Below, one piece after another: positions 16,493-26,605 of a stretch of DNA of 64,000 nt. The notes beneath the pieces are model-generated. The model was not told the origin of the DNA. It searched no databases and worked only from the letters and a program-made list of their open reading frames with translations. Each line of letters starts with the position of its first letter. Position 1 is the stretch's first letter. A program made the translations under genes and the position numbers. This DNA is from Polyangiaceae bacterium (GTDB taxonomy: Bacteria > Myxococcota_A > Polyangia > Polyangiales > Polyangiaceae), in the NCBI GenBank assembly GCA_965222375.1, contig CBDCTZ010000013.1:672001-736000 (forward strand), in the 5' to 3' direction.

Positions 16493-19078
16493 GTGAGCGA
16501 AGGTTCGGCCGAGCTGTACGGGCTATTTCTGGCGCTCGCACCGTCTCGAACGGCTGCTGCGCGTGCCGCCCTGGATCTCACGGATCCGAAAGAGCGGGCC
16601 CAGGAGCTCTGCGCGGCCATGCTGCCCTTCGCCGTGGACGCAGCGCTACTGGGGGCTGACGGCGTGCGCGCACTCGCCCGCGCAGTAGCCTACGCCGACT
16701 CCGCTCCGGCGGAAGCACTGGACGAAGCCCTGACAACCCTGGACGCCGCCGCTGTGGCACTGAGCCACGGGGACGAGTCCGGCGCTCGGGTCGACGAGGC
16801 GGAGTTGCAAGCCCAGGCGGAGGCGCTGCTCGAGCACGTGGATCTTCCGGAAGCGATCGACGAGGCCGCCGCCCCAGCCGCGGAACCAGCCGCGGGGGAC
16901 GATTCGGTTTGGGAGCCGACGTTGGGGGAAGACATGATCAGCGCCTTCTTGGACGAATGCGTCGACCGTGTCGAAGGGCTCTCGGAACGACTGCTTTCTC
17001 TGGAGGAGAGCCAAGGCGACCCGGAACTGGTGGGCGAAGTTTTCCGAGATCTGCACACCCTGAAGGGTTCAAGCGCGTTCGCGGGCCTGAAGAAGATGAA
17101 CCGGGTTGCCCACCTCGCCGAAGATCTGATTGGCGAGCTGCGCGATGGCAAGCGACGAGTCGATAAGCCCTTGGTCGACGTATTGCTCGAGACCCTCGAC
17201 GTGCTGAAAGCCATCGTGGACCGAGCGCGCAATCGGGCACGCATCGACGTCGACGTGAGTGTGCTCCTCGAGCGCCTCAAAGACCCTTCCCGAGCCGTGA
17301 CCCCGTCGGCGGCAGCGCCGGCACCAAGCGCCGGCCCCCAAGCGACGAAGACTGCGCCTCGCGCGCCCGCCGCAGCCACCTTGCGCATCGAGTTCGAAAA
17401 GGTGGATCAGCTGCTCAATCTCGTCGGGGAAATCGTCCTTGCACGAGGCCGCTTGGGCAGCGCGCACGAGGTGTCTAGCGCCGTCCTCCGTGAGCTCCCA
17501 GCGATACGCAAGAAGCTCGCGAAAGGCGAAACCACCGAGGTTGCCGACAAAACCCACCTAGAAGATTTGCAGCGCACCGAACGAGTGCTTGGAGAAACCC
17601 ACGGCGATCTGGACGCGGGGCTGTCGTCGCTGAGCCTGGCCGTGGGTCAGCTTCGAGACACCGTCATGAAGCTGCGCATGGTGCCCATCGCCCGCCTGTT
17701 CACCAAGTACCAACGGACAGTGCGGGAGTTGGCGAACAAACTCGACAAGAGCGTACGGGTCGAACTCTCCGGGGCAGAGACCGAACTCGACAAGGTCTTG
17801 GTGGAGCGCCTCGAGGATCCCCTGCTGCACCTGGTTCGGAATTCCGTCGACCACGGCGTTGAACCGCCAGACGTGCGTCGCGAAAACGGCAAGCCCGAGG
17901 CGGGGTTGGTGCGCCTGTCCGCCGCTCAGCGTGGCGGACAGATCATCGTCACCATCGAGGACGACGGGCGCGGCATGGACCCAGACAAGCTCCGCGACAA
18001 GGCCCTCGAAAAGGGCGTCATCACGGAAGACGAAGCCCGCGCCCTCTCGCCACGCGAATGCTTCGAGCTGATTTTTCGCGCGGGCTTTTCCACGGCGGAG
18101 CAACTTTCGGACGTGTCCGGACGAGGCGTCGGCATGGATGTCGTGCGCGACACGATCGCCAAGCTCAAAGGCACGATTCTCATCGATTCGGAACTCGGGC
18201 GCGGCAGCAAGGTAGAGTTCCGGCTTCCCCTGACCCTAGCCATCACCCAAGTCTTAGCCGCGCGGATCGGGGAAGAACTCGTGGCCGTACCCTTGGATGC
18301 CGTCGTCAGCGCCCAGTCGGCACATCCAGATGACTTCGAGGCCGTCGCGGATGGTCGCTGTTTGCGCATTGCCGACCGCCTCGTACCCGTCGTGGACCTG
18401 GGCATCGTCCTAGGCTTGGATTCCGAGGCGCCCCTGGCGGGCGCGAGCGACCAGAGCGTGGTCGTCGTGGACGTCGGCTCGGAGCGGCTCGGCCTGATCG
18501 TGCACCAAGTCCTGGGGCGACACGAGGTCGTGATCAAATCCTTGGGACCTCTGCTGGCACAAACGCCATGCGCAGCGGGCGCGACGCTGATCGGAGATCG
18601 AGTCTGCCTAGTCGTCGATCTCGGCCAGGTCTCGAGCCACGCCAAACGAGCTACCCCTCGACGAGAAGTGAGGCGCAAGTCCACCAAGGCCCCGCGAGCG
18701 AGGGTGCTGGTCGCCGAAGACAGCGACATGGTTCGCGAGGCGATAACCCGCGAGCTGTCTCGCGCCGGCTTCGTCGTCGTGGCTGCTCGGGACGGCCAGG
18801 AGGCTCTCGAGTTCAGCCAAGAGCAGAGCTTCGACGCAATTTGCAGTGACGTCATGATGCCGCGCATGGACGGCTACGAGCTCGTACGTGAGCTGCGGCG
18901 CAGCCCCAAGTACCTCACCACCCCAATCGTGATGGTCACGAGCAAGGACGCACGCATCGATGCGCTCCGAGGCGTGGACGCGGGTGCTGATGCCTACTTG
19001 ACCAAGCCCGTGGACGGAGTCGCCCTGGTCCGAGCCCTGTCAGAATTGCTGATCGCTCGACAAAAGCCGTCGGAATGA
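16493..19078 (+). CDS. cheA: Hybrid chemotaxis histidine kinase (Hpt-HATPase-CheW-REC)
   Basis: LHTLKGSS, LLNLVGE, HLVRNSVDHG, DDGRGMD, GFST..SDVSGRGVGMDVV, CheW domain, receiver SDVMMPRMDG. Confidence 0.95.
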   Translation: MSEGSAELYGLFLALAPSRTAAARAALDLTDPKERAQELCAAMLPFAVDAALLGADGVRALARAVAYADSAPAEALDEALTTLDAAAVALSHGDESGARVDEAELQAQAEALLEHVDLPEAIDEAAAPAAEPAAGDDSVWEPTLGEDMISAFLDECVDRVEGLSERLLSLEESQGDPELVGEVFRDLHTLKGSSAFAGLKKMNRVAHLAEDLIGELRDGKRRVDKPLVDVLLETLDVLKAIVDRARNRARIDVDVSVLLERLKDPSRAVTPSAAAPAPSAGPQATKTAPRAPAAATLRIEFEKVDQLLNLVGEIVLARGRLGSAHEVSSAVLRELPAIRKKLAKGETTEVADKTHLEDLQRTERVLGETHGDLDAGLSSLSLAVGQLRDTVMKLRMVPIARLFTKYQRTVRELANKLDKSVRVELSGAETELDKVLVERLEDPLLHLVRNSVDHGVEPPDVRRENGKPEAGLVRLSAAQRGGQIIVTIEDDGRGMDPDKLRDKALEKGVITEDEARALSPRECFELIFRAGFSTAEQLSDVSGRGVGMDVVRDTIAKLKGTILIDSELGRGSKVEFRLPLTLAITQVLAARIGEELVAVPLDAVVSAQSAHPDDFEAVADGRCLRIADRLVPVVDLGIVLGLDSEAPLAGASDQSVVVVDVGSERLGLIVHQVLGRHEVVIKSLGPLLAQTPCAAGATLIGDRVCLVVDLGQVSSHAKRATPRREVRRKSTKAPRARVLVAEDSDMVREAITRELSRAGFVVVAARDGQEALEFSQEQSFDAICSDVMMPRMDGYELVRELRRSPKYLTTPIVMVTSKDARIDALRGVDAGADAYLTKPVDGVALVRALSELLIARQKPSE

Positions 19079-19201
19079 GCCTGGCTGCCGCGGATCGGCG
19101 GCACGCTTTATTTCACCCCGAGCCGTGCTAGGGTGCGCCCGCTTTTGCGGCTCCCGCGTCCTCCGACGCTGCCGCGAACCCATGAATGAAACGGAGAAGA
19201 G

Positions 19202-20455
19202 ATGAGCTACCTGTTTACTTCCGAGTCGGTCTCTGAGGGGCACCCCGACAAGATGAGCGACCAAATCAGCGACGCGGTAGTGGACGCCGCACTGCGCGGT
19301 GACCCGAGGAGCCGCGTGGCCTGCGAAACCTTGTGCAAGACGGGTTTCGTGGTGATCGCCGGAGAGATCACGACCAAGTCGAATATCGATTTCGGAGCCG
19401 TGGCTCGCGATGTGATCAAGGACATTGGTTACACCTCGAGTGATATGGGTTTCGACTATGAGACCTGCGGCATCCTCACGGCCGTCGAGCCTCAGAGCCC
19501 CGACATTTCTCAGGGCGTCACCGAGGGCCAGGGGCAGTTCAAGGAGCAGGGCGCCGGCGACCAGGGGCTCATGTTCGGCTACGCCTGCGACGAGACGCCG
19601 GAGCTCATGCCCGCGCCGATCATGTACTCCCACGAGCTGGTGCGCCAGCTGGCGGCAGTGCGACGCTCGGGCAAGGTGAAGTTCCTGCGACCGGATTCGA
19701 AGAGCCAGGTCACGATCGAGTACGAAAACGAGCGCCCGAAGCGCATCGACGCCGTCGTGATTTCCACGCAGCATTCCGCAGACGTCAAGAACAAGACCCT
19801 GCGCGATGCCGTGATGGACCTGTGCATCAAGAAGGTCCTTCCCAAGGGCATGCTGGACTCGAAAACGAAGTACTTCATCAACCCCACCGGGCGCTTTGTC
19901 ATTGGCGGGCCGCACGGCGACGCGGGCCTGACCGGGCGCAAGATCATCGTCGACACCTACGGCGGCATCGGTCGCCACGGCGGCGGTGCCTTCAGCGGCA
20001 AGGACCCCAGCAAGGTCGATCGCTCGGCCTGCTACTATGCACGATACGTTGCGAAGAACATCGTGGCAGCTGGGCTGGCCCGCAGAGTCGAGGTTCAAGT
20101 GGCCTACGCCATCGGCGTCGCCAAGCCCGTCGGCGTCTACGTGAACACCTTCGGCACCGGCCGCGTCGACGACGAAAAACTACAGAAGTACGTGGCGGCG
20201 AACTTCGACTTCCGCCCTCGCTCCTTGATCAAAGAGCTGGACCTGCTCCGGCCCATCTACCGCGCGACGGCGGCCTACGGTCACTTCGGGCGCAAGGAGT
20301 TCCGTTGGGAGCGCACCAACCGCGCCCGCCAGCTCGCCTCGGACCTCAAAGTCAGCTCCAAGCGAAGCAACGGAGCGAGCAACGGAATCAAACCCAAGAG
20401 GGCAGCGAAGAAGGCGGCAAAGAAGTCCCGCGGCGGCAAATCCGCTCGGGCCTGA
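19202..20455 (+). CDS. metK: S-adenosylmethionine synthetase
   Basis: [35 protein letters not shown]. Confidence 0.99.
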   Translation: MSYLFTSESVSEGHPDKMSDQISDAVVDAALRGDPRSRVACETLCKTGFVVIAGEITTKSNIDFGAVARDVIKDIGYTSSDMGFDYETCGILTAVEPQSPDISQGVTEGQGQFKEQGAGDQGLMFGYACDETPELMPAPIMYSHELVRQLAAVRRSGKVKFLRPDSKSQVTIEYENERPKRIDAVVISTQHSADVKNKTLRDAVMDLCIKKVLPKGMLDSKTKYFINPTGRFVIGGPHGDAGLTGRKIIVDTYGGIGRHGGGAFSGKDPSKVDRSACYYARYVAKNIVAAGLARRVEVQVAYAIGVAKPVGVYVNTFGTGRVDDEKLQKYVAANFDFRPRSLIKELDLLRPIYRATAAYGHFGRKEFRWERTNRARQLASDLKVSSKRSNGASNGIKPKRAAKKAAKKSRGGKSARA

Positions 20456-20629
20456 TTTCGCTGCGGTCAAAACACGCGCAGCCTGCGCGCTCTGCCTGCT
20501 GCAGAGCGCCAGCCGTGCCGTGACAGAGTGCTAGGCTGACGCTAGGCTACGCGCCAATTTGCGACATGTTGGGCTGCGCCAACGGGGATCGGCGCAAAGA
20601 GCCCCGCGTCAGGGTGTCTAGAGATAACG

Positions 20630-21841
20630 ATGCTTCACAAATGGATGGGCTTTTCGGGCGCGGCCATCTGCGCAATCGCGCTCGGCGCGGCCTGCTCGAG
20701 CACGAGCGGCGGCTCCAGCCTCCCTGGGGGCGGCAGTGGCGGTAGCGGCGCTGGAATCAGCACTGGCGGGTCGGGTGCCGGGATCAACATCGGCGGCGGC
20801 TCCGGCTTTGACGGGGATGGAGATGGTTTTTCCGCCGCGGAAGGTGACTGCAACGATGCCGACCCAAACGCCAACCCCGGTGCCCTCGACGTAGCGGGCA
20901 ACGGCGTGGATGAGGACTGCAACGGCAAGCCCGACGACACCGTGGTCACATGCGATTCGAGCGTCCCCGATATTGGCTACGGCGACCCCGCGAGCGCAGC
21001 ACAAGCCATTGGCTTGTGCCACTTCCCGGCACCAACCTCTCGCGCTTGGGGCGTATTGGAGGCGAAGTACGTCAAGGCCGACGGTACCGCGGGGATGCAC
21101 GATCCCGGCCACGGCCTGCTCACGGACTTTGGTCCCAACGTGAAGCCCAAAGAAGGCGCTCGCATGTTGGTGCTATCGAGCGGCACCGCCCGCGACGCAA
21201 ACGACCCTGGCTTTCAATCTCCGGCGGGTGCTGAGTTCAACACCAGCAGCAACCAGCCCCCGGGCTTTCCGGTCGCCTCGCCCTCCTGCCCCGCGGCGAC
21301 TTCCGGCGGCCCGGCCAACGATCCCGCAGCTTTCGAGGTCAAGCTACGCGTCCCGACCAACGCCAAGAGCCTCAAGTTCCAGTTCAACTTCTACACCTAC
21401 GAATTCCCCCAGTACATCTGCAGTCAGTTCAACGACTTCTTCGTCGTGCTGCAGAATCCGGCTCCCAGCAACGCGCTATCGGGCAACATCTCTTTCGATT
21501 CGAAGAACAACCCCGTCAGCGTGAACAACGGCTTCTTGGAGGTGTGTGACCCCGCCGTGGGTGCCACCAACCCGGGCGGAAAGAACTTCCCCTGCAGCCT
21601 TGGGGCGTCCCAGCTTGCCGGCACCGGCTTCGATGAAACCAACCCGCTCTTCCCGGGGCCCCACGCCGGCACAGGCTGGCTGGAGACGGTCTCGCCGGTG
21701 ACGCCCGGGAGCGAAATCACCGTGCGTTTCGCCATCTACGACGTCGGCGACGCGGCCCTCGATTCCACGGTGCTGATCGACAAGTTCGAGTTCTCCGCTG
21801 AAGAAGCGACGGGCTCCTTCACCCAACCGGTGCCGCGCTGA
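20630..21841 (+). CDS. Lipoprotein with MopE-like metal-binding motif and choice-of-anchor L-like domain
   Basis: Lipobox AAC; DGDGDGF..GDCND....NPGA...NGVDEDCNG; YEFPQYICSQFNDFF; DVGDAALDSTVLID. Confidence 0.75.
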   Translation: MLHKWMGFSGAAICAIALGAACSSTSGGSSLPGGGSGGSGAGISTGGSGAGINIGGGSGFDGDGDGFSAAEGDCNDADPNANPGALDVAGNGVDEDCNGKPDDTVVTCDSSVPDIGYGDPASAAQAIGLCHFPAPTSRAWGVLEAKYVKADGTAGMHDPGHGLLTDFGPNVKPKEGARMLVLSSGTARDANDPGFQSPAGAEFNTSSNQPPGFPVASPSCPAATSGGPANDPAAFEVKLRVPTNAKSLKFQFNFYTYEFPQYICSQFNDFFVVLQNPAPSNALSGNISFDSKNNPVSVNNGFLEVCDPAVGATNPGGKNFPCSLGASQLAGTGFDETNPLFPGPHAGTGWLETVSPVTPGSEITVRFAIYDVGDAALDSTVLIDKFEFSAEEATGSFTQPVPR

Positions 21842-21857
21842 TCAGCCCGCAGGCGAA

Positions 21858-22799
21858 TCAGCGCACGCAGTTGCGCCCCTCGCCCTTGGCGACGTAAAGC
21901 CTGGCGTCCGCCCGTTGGTAAACCTCTTGGGTGGTCTTGTCGGCGGGCAAGCGCTCGGTGACTCCGAGGCTCAGGGTGACGGGAATGATCTGTCCTTCGA
22001 ACTCGAAACGGGATGCTTCCACCGCCCGCCGAACGGTTTCGGCGAGGTTGTGCGCTTGCTGAACATTGAAGCCGTTGCAGAGCAGCGCAAATTCCTCACC
22101 GCCGACCCGCGCGAACAACACGCCCTGCGGCACCACGCGGGTGACGACCGACGCCACCTGCCTGAGCACGGCGTCGCCGGCAGTGTGCCCGTGAGTGTCG
22201 TTGATCTTCTTGAAGTGATCGAGATCGAGAACGATGAGGCTGAGCGGAACAGAGCTGACCTGGGCTCGAAAAACCGCGTTGTGAAACGCTTCTTCGAAGT
22301 GGCTCTTGTTGTGGATGCCAGTCAGGCCGTCGTAGCGCATCAGGCGCTGCACTTCTTCGTGGTACGCGCTCTCGACGTTCGTCCCGCTGATGTACTTCAG
22401 CAATGCCTTGCCTATCTGTAGACGGTCACCGTCATGCAAGGGCTCGTTGCTGATGCGAGCTTCGTTGACGAAGGTGCCGTTGGTGGACTTCTGGTCCACC
22501 ACCCGGTGACAGCGGCCATCCCACTCGATCCGCGCATGCAGGCGACTGACCGAGTCCGCATCCAGCTGCAACCCACAGGCGGCGCCCCGGCCCACGTCGA
22601 GGGACTGCTCGCCCAGTACCGAACGGTGTCCCAAGCGTGGCCCGGCAATCACCACGAGATAGGCCTGACTCGGCGCATTGCGCCGCCACGACTTGGTGAA
22701 GTCGCGGGTGACTGTCACCTCAACAGTTGCTTCGAAGCCGTCGTCCGACACTTTTCTGAAGCTAGAACTTATCACGCCCGCCGCCCACCAGAACTGCAA
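21858..22799 (-). CDS. FHA-domain diguanylate cyclase
   Basis: FHA motifs GR, SRLHA and STNGTFVN; DLDHFKKINDTHGH; RVGGEEF active site. True start probably somewhat downstream. Confidence 0.93.
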   Translation of the reverse strand: MQFWWAAGVISSSFRKVSDDGFEATVEVTVTRDFTKSWRRNAPSQAYLVVIAGPRLGHRSVLGEQSLDVGRGAACGLQLDADSVSRLHARIEWDGRCHRVVDQKSTNGTFVNEARISNEPLHDGDRLQIGKALLKYISGTNVESAYHEEVQRLMRYDGLTGIHNKSHFEEAFHNAVFRAQVSSVPLSLIVLDLDHFKKINDTHGHTAGDAVLRQVASVVTRVVPQGVLFARVGGEEFALLCNGFNVQQAHNLAETVRRAVEASRFEFEGQIIPVTLSLGVTERLPADKTTQEVYQRADARLYVAKGEGRNCVR

Positions 22800-23123
22800 A
22801 TTCTCGTGTGGGATCGTGTAGTTAGGTGTGAGGATGGCGGACTTTTGGCGACTTAGTGGAGGGAATGCCGACTTTGGGTTTGGGGTCGGGGCACTTGCCG
22901 GCGCTGGGCCACTAGGCAGAAACAGAAGGGCTCGCTAGCGCCATCGCGGCCTCGACCTCTCTGCCACCATCCAGCAGTATGGCGCGTTTCTTTCGATGTG
23001 GGTCCGGCGAAGCCGGGTGGGTAACTACTCTCGTTTTGGGCCGCGCGAGCCGAGCCGAGTTCATGGTCCGGCATGCGAGGAGCGTGAGCTTGACGGCCGG
23101 CGAGAATCCGAAAGGATGCGCGC

Positions 23124-24743
23124 GTGCTGGGCGAACCCGAAGCTGCGCCGCAACAATCACCCATCGAAGCCCGTCGACGCTTCACGAACCGGGTGCTCTT
23201 GATTGCGGGCGTTGCGTTCTTTGCCCAAATGGCGCTGGGCTTTTTGGCGGGCTTAGGTGCTGGTGGGACAATGATGTACCGGATGTTCACCAGCAAGGGT
23301 CTGCACGATTTCGACAATGCGCGCTTCGGCCAAGCAAAGATCCACTACGTCGCAAGAAGCCTGAGAGGCAAGCGTGCGCTGGTCGCCCTCTCACCGCACG
23401 CGTCAACCGAGCCCGAAGAATTGGCGGAGCTGCCCGGGCCCCACAGCTACTCGGATCCGCCCCAGCTAGTCGTGGACGCAACCAGCGTATGGGTCTTCGA
23501 GGCCACCGGTATCAAGCGCTACCAACACGGTCGCCTCAAGTCCCTCGGCGCGTCGCCCCCGCCCGTAGGTGCCTCGCCGCCCTTCCTTTTCCGAGGCTCG
23601 CCAGCCGTGCTGGTCGAGAGCACCGGCGTGGGCACGCCCCAAGGTGTCATCTGGCATCTGAGCGCGGGAGGCTGGAAGAAGGCGCGCAGCTTTGGACTGG
23701 GAGCCCATGCGTTGGGCCTCTCGGACTACCAGGTGGTCCCGAAGAACGCAGCGCTGCACCTCTTCGCAGAGTCCCATCTGGGCGAGATCTACTACGCAAG
23801 GCTCGATGCATCGGCCAGCGACGTGAGCTGGGAAGCGGTCACGCCGACCGACATCGAGTGGTCCCCGCTCGTCGTCGATCAGAGTCCTACCGTGGTGCGC
23901 TGTGAATCGCGCGGTCGCGGGAGCAACCTGGTGCTTTTTGAACGCGGCAAAGCCGGATGGGCGCAAACTGGAACGCACTCGGTGGATAGCTGCTTCGATT
24001 TCGCGGCAATGGAAATCGACCGGCAGCCTGCATGCATCTACGGAAGCATGGGCGGGGAGGGCGTGCGCATCGTCCGTTTCCCCGCCGCAGGCCCTGGCGT
24101 CGTCACCAGCCACGGCGGCGGCATGGCGAGTTTGTCCTGGGAGCTCATCGCGATGATCCTCTTCACGACGGTGCTGACCCTCGGGACTTCGCTAGCCAGC
24201 GCGCTCATGATCAGCCGCCGAATCGAAGGCTACCGCAATCCGAGTTACCGCCACGAGGCCAGTACCGGACGCCTGGCGTCTCTGGCTCGACGCGCCGCCG
24301 CCCGCGGCATTGACTCGGTATTCAGTGTGGCGCCGCTATGGTTGATGTGGGTCCCGCTCTACCAAGACGGGGCCCTGTTTGCGAAGCCTGGCCCCGGTTT
24401 TCTGACATCGATGCTGGGCTACTTCGCGGCGGCGCTTGGCCTGTGGGCACTCATCACTGTCGCTTTCTCGATCCTCGAGGGCAAATGGGGCGTCAGCCCC
24501 GGAAAATGGCTGCTCGGCCTTCGCGTCGTCGGCCTCGACCTGAAGCCCTGCGGCATACCGCGGGCGCTGCTGAGAAACGTCGTCCTAATCGCCGACCAGG
24601 TGATGAACTATCTGGTCGGCGTCGTCTGCATCGCGCTGACCGAAAAGCGCCAACGTGTCGGCGACCTGGCCGCGCGCACGCTGGTGATCGACATTCGGCC
24701 AACAAACGACAGCCCGAGTTTGGCTGTGGGAACTGGCGATTGA
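23124..24743 (+). CDS. RDD-family membrane protein with large extracytoplasmic domain
   Basis: RRAAARGID, SPGKWLLGLRVV, QRVGDLAARTLV. Confidence 0.85.
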   Translation: MLGEPEAAPQQSPIEARRRFTNRVLLIAGVAFFAQMALGFLAGLGAGGTMMYRMFTSKGLHDFDNARFGQAKIHYVARSLRGKRALVALSPHASTEPEELAELPGPHSYSDPPQLVVDATSVWVFEATGIKRYQHGRLKSLGASPPPVGASPPFLFRGSPAVLVESTGVGTPQGVIWHLSAGGWKKARSFGLGAHALGLSDYQVVPKNAALHLFAESHLGEIYYARLDASASDVSWEAVTPTDIEWSPLVVDQSPTVVRCESRGRGSNLVLFERGKAGWAQTGTHSVDSCFDFAAMEIDRQPACIYGSMGGEGVRIVRFPAAGPGVVTSHGGGMASLSWELIAMILFTTVLTLGTSLASALMISRRIEGYRNPSYRHEASTGRLASLARRAAARGIDSVFSVAPLWLMWVPLYQDGALFAKPGPGFLTSMLGYFAAALGLWALITVAFSILEGKWGVSPGKWLLGLRVVGLDLKPCGIPRALLRNVVLIADQVMNYLVGVVCIALTEKRQRVGDLAARTLVIDIRPTNDSPSLAVGTGD

Positions 24744-24778
24744 CGCCCTCGTGAGAGCCGCCGACTGTAGCGCGCACC

Positions 24779-25525
24779 ATGCTGGTCGTGAAGTTCCGAC
24801 GCATGCTCGTCCCCGCCGTTTCGCTGCTTTCGCTGGCCTGCGGTCACATCACGGACACCACCAAATGCAAAGGTGCTAGCGAGACAGCCTGTCAGGCGAG
24901 CAGCGTCTGCGAACCGCAGTACGGCGCGCGCTGGTGCGGGCCTCCTGGAGCGGTCTGCACCACCGAAGAGGTGTACAAAGGTTGCGAAGCGCTGGAGTCA
25001 GGCTCGCTCGACGAGGTGCGCGCTGCGTTCGCGTCGTGCAAAGCGACCCCCGGTGGGGTGTGGTCGAAGCGAGATGAAGCCGTTGCCAACACACCGAAAA
25101 CGGGTCGTTGCGGTTGCAGGGACCAACGCAACCGCCGGCAACAGCTACTCTCGGGCGAGCGGCGCATCGTCATACGCGCCGCGGAGGCAGGCTTTGGGTC
25201 CGGGGGCGGCCGGGAGCTCGACGAGGGAGTACGCCTCTCGCCCAACGGTAAGCCCGCCTGCCAAACGATGCGGCAGATCTGCGAACTGAATGGCGGCAGT
25301 TGGGTCGCACCGACGCCCAAGAGAACCGTCACCCAGGACGATGCGACGGGGTGTCGGGCAGTATACGTCCACGAGATCGCCAAGTTTGATCATGATCGGA
25401 GGGAGTGCGTGCGCGATCTCTTCGACCCGGACGCCCTACAGGCCGCGTGCCGCGGTGTCACGCTCCTGCCAAGCGGAGACGCAAACGTCGTCGTTGATAC
25501 GCGCCGCCAAGGGAAGCGCCGGTGA
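24779..25525 (+). CDS. Cys-rich hypothetical lipoprotein
   Basis: Lipobox SLAC; numerous cysteines. Confidence 0.7.
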   Translation: MLVVKFRRMLVPAVSLLSLACGHITDTTKCKGASETACQASSVCEPQYGARWCGPPGAVCTTEEVYKGCEALESGSLDEVRAAFASCKATPGGVWSKRDEAVANTPKTGRCGCRDQRNRRQQLLSGERRIVIRAAEAGFGSGGGRELDEGVRLSPNGKPACQTMRQICELNGGSWVAPTPKRTVTQDDATGCRAVYVHEIAKFDHDRRECVRDLFDPDALQAACRGVTLLPSGDANVVVDTRRQGKRR

Positions 25526-25655
25526 GGCACGCGTAGAGCCGCGCGCGCCGACTCCCTGCGTATCACTCTGGAAAAGTACCACGCGCGTCGCACCGCCCGA
25601 GATGCCCGCCAGCATGTTTCGCAGCGATGGCAGCGCCCGAGCTCAACGACCACTG

Positions 25656-25716
25656 CTGACATCATCCTGACATTGGTGGCTATCGGGAGCCGTCGCTACT
25701 GACATCCTACTGACAT
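25656..25716 (+). repeat. Four CTGACAT boxes in two 11-bp-spaced pairs
   Basis: CTGACAT at 25656, 25667, 25699 and 25710. Confidence 0.85.
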
Positions 25717-25731
25717 TTGGCCCGCTGGACG

Positions 25732-26091
25732 TCAGCAGGGCAACGCGGAGCGCACCGCCGCGACGGCCTCGGACGGTGAGCGAATGACCAACTCCTCGGA
25801 AAGCCGCAACACGCGAGACCGAAGGGAACCCCCCAGGGGCCACCCCTCCCGACGCAGCACCCGGTCCCGCCGCGCATCAGCCACCGCGCGGCGACCGTGA
25901 TACCCGCCAGCCGCAAGGTCCGCAATGTAGCGCCCACCCACCACGACCTGCCGCCGAAACGAAACCCCGAGCTTGCGCGCCGAAATCAACCGCCACAAAG
26001 CTGCCTCCGACCAAGTAGGCGCACACCGCATCCTACGAGCGCGCTCCTCGAGCTCACGACGGCGGGAAAAACTGGATACGGGCTTTTGCAT
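25732..26091 (-). pseudogene. DUF559 (Vsr-like) endonuclease-domain gene with in-frame deletion of the catalytic segment
   Basis: RBS GGAGGT; ARRMR...TWSEAALW...LGVSFRRQ..VGGRYIADL, then GGYH...DARRD..L...GW. The usual LVVEVD strand is absent and an extra PLGGSLRS segment is present. Confidence 0.75.
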
Positions 26092-26286
26092 GACGACCTC
26101 CAAGGCCCGGGATTGCTGGCGGGCCACGCCCCCCCGGGGCCCGCCAGCAATCCCGGGCCGAAGCGAAGCAAGCCCAGACAGCCGGTTCGACGACATCACG
26201 AAGCGCCGTACGCAAGACTCGGTGCACACCGCTCGACCGAGTCGCAAAGCACCGCATGCAGAACCGCACACACACGCTTCGACGCC

Positions 26287-26442
26287 GTCACAAAGCGCCG
26301 TGCGCCGCGCCCGCGGCGCCACGGAAATCACGTACACCACGCGTCACAAAGCGCCGTGCGCCGCGCCCGCGGCGCCACGGATCCCACGCGCACCACGCCG
26401 TGCGCCGCGCCCGCGGCGCCACGGAAATCACGTACACCACGC
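26287..26442. repeat. Tandem array of a 30-bp GC-rich palindrome (REP-like)
   Basis: CGCCGTGCGCCGCGCCCGCGGCGCCACGGA at 26296, 26352 and 26396; degenerate copy near 26195. Confidence 0.9.
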
Positions 26443-26517
26443 GCGAGACGGTCGTGCACAAAACGCTACCCGTCGCGGCAGCCTCTCAGCCCGGATCCAG
26501 GCCATCCCCTCCCATGC

Positions 26518-26586
26518 CGCGCGCAGGCCGAAGGCCGAGCACGGCATAAGGGAGGGGCCGCGCGCGCAGGCCGAAGGCCGAGCACG
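26518..26586. repeat. Two 26-bp direct repeats with GGCC-GAA-GGCC hairpin
   Basis: CGCGCGCAGGCCGAAGGCCGAGCACG at 26518-26543 and 26561-26586, downstream of glnA. Confidence 0.88.
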
Positions 26587-26605
26587 CGGGGGGTGGGCAT
26601 CCAAA

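Noticed and set aside
19079..19201. SAM riboswitch upstream of metK
   Set aside because: No recognisable SAM riboswitch conserved blocks by eye; an Infernal search would settle it
20540..20629. c-di-GMP-I riboswitch suggested by GGCGCAAAG
   Set aside because: Lacks the upstream GGCAAA/GNRA P2 stem and the expected pairing
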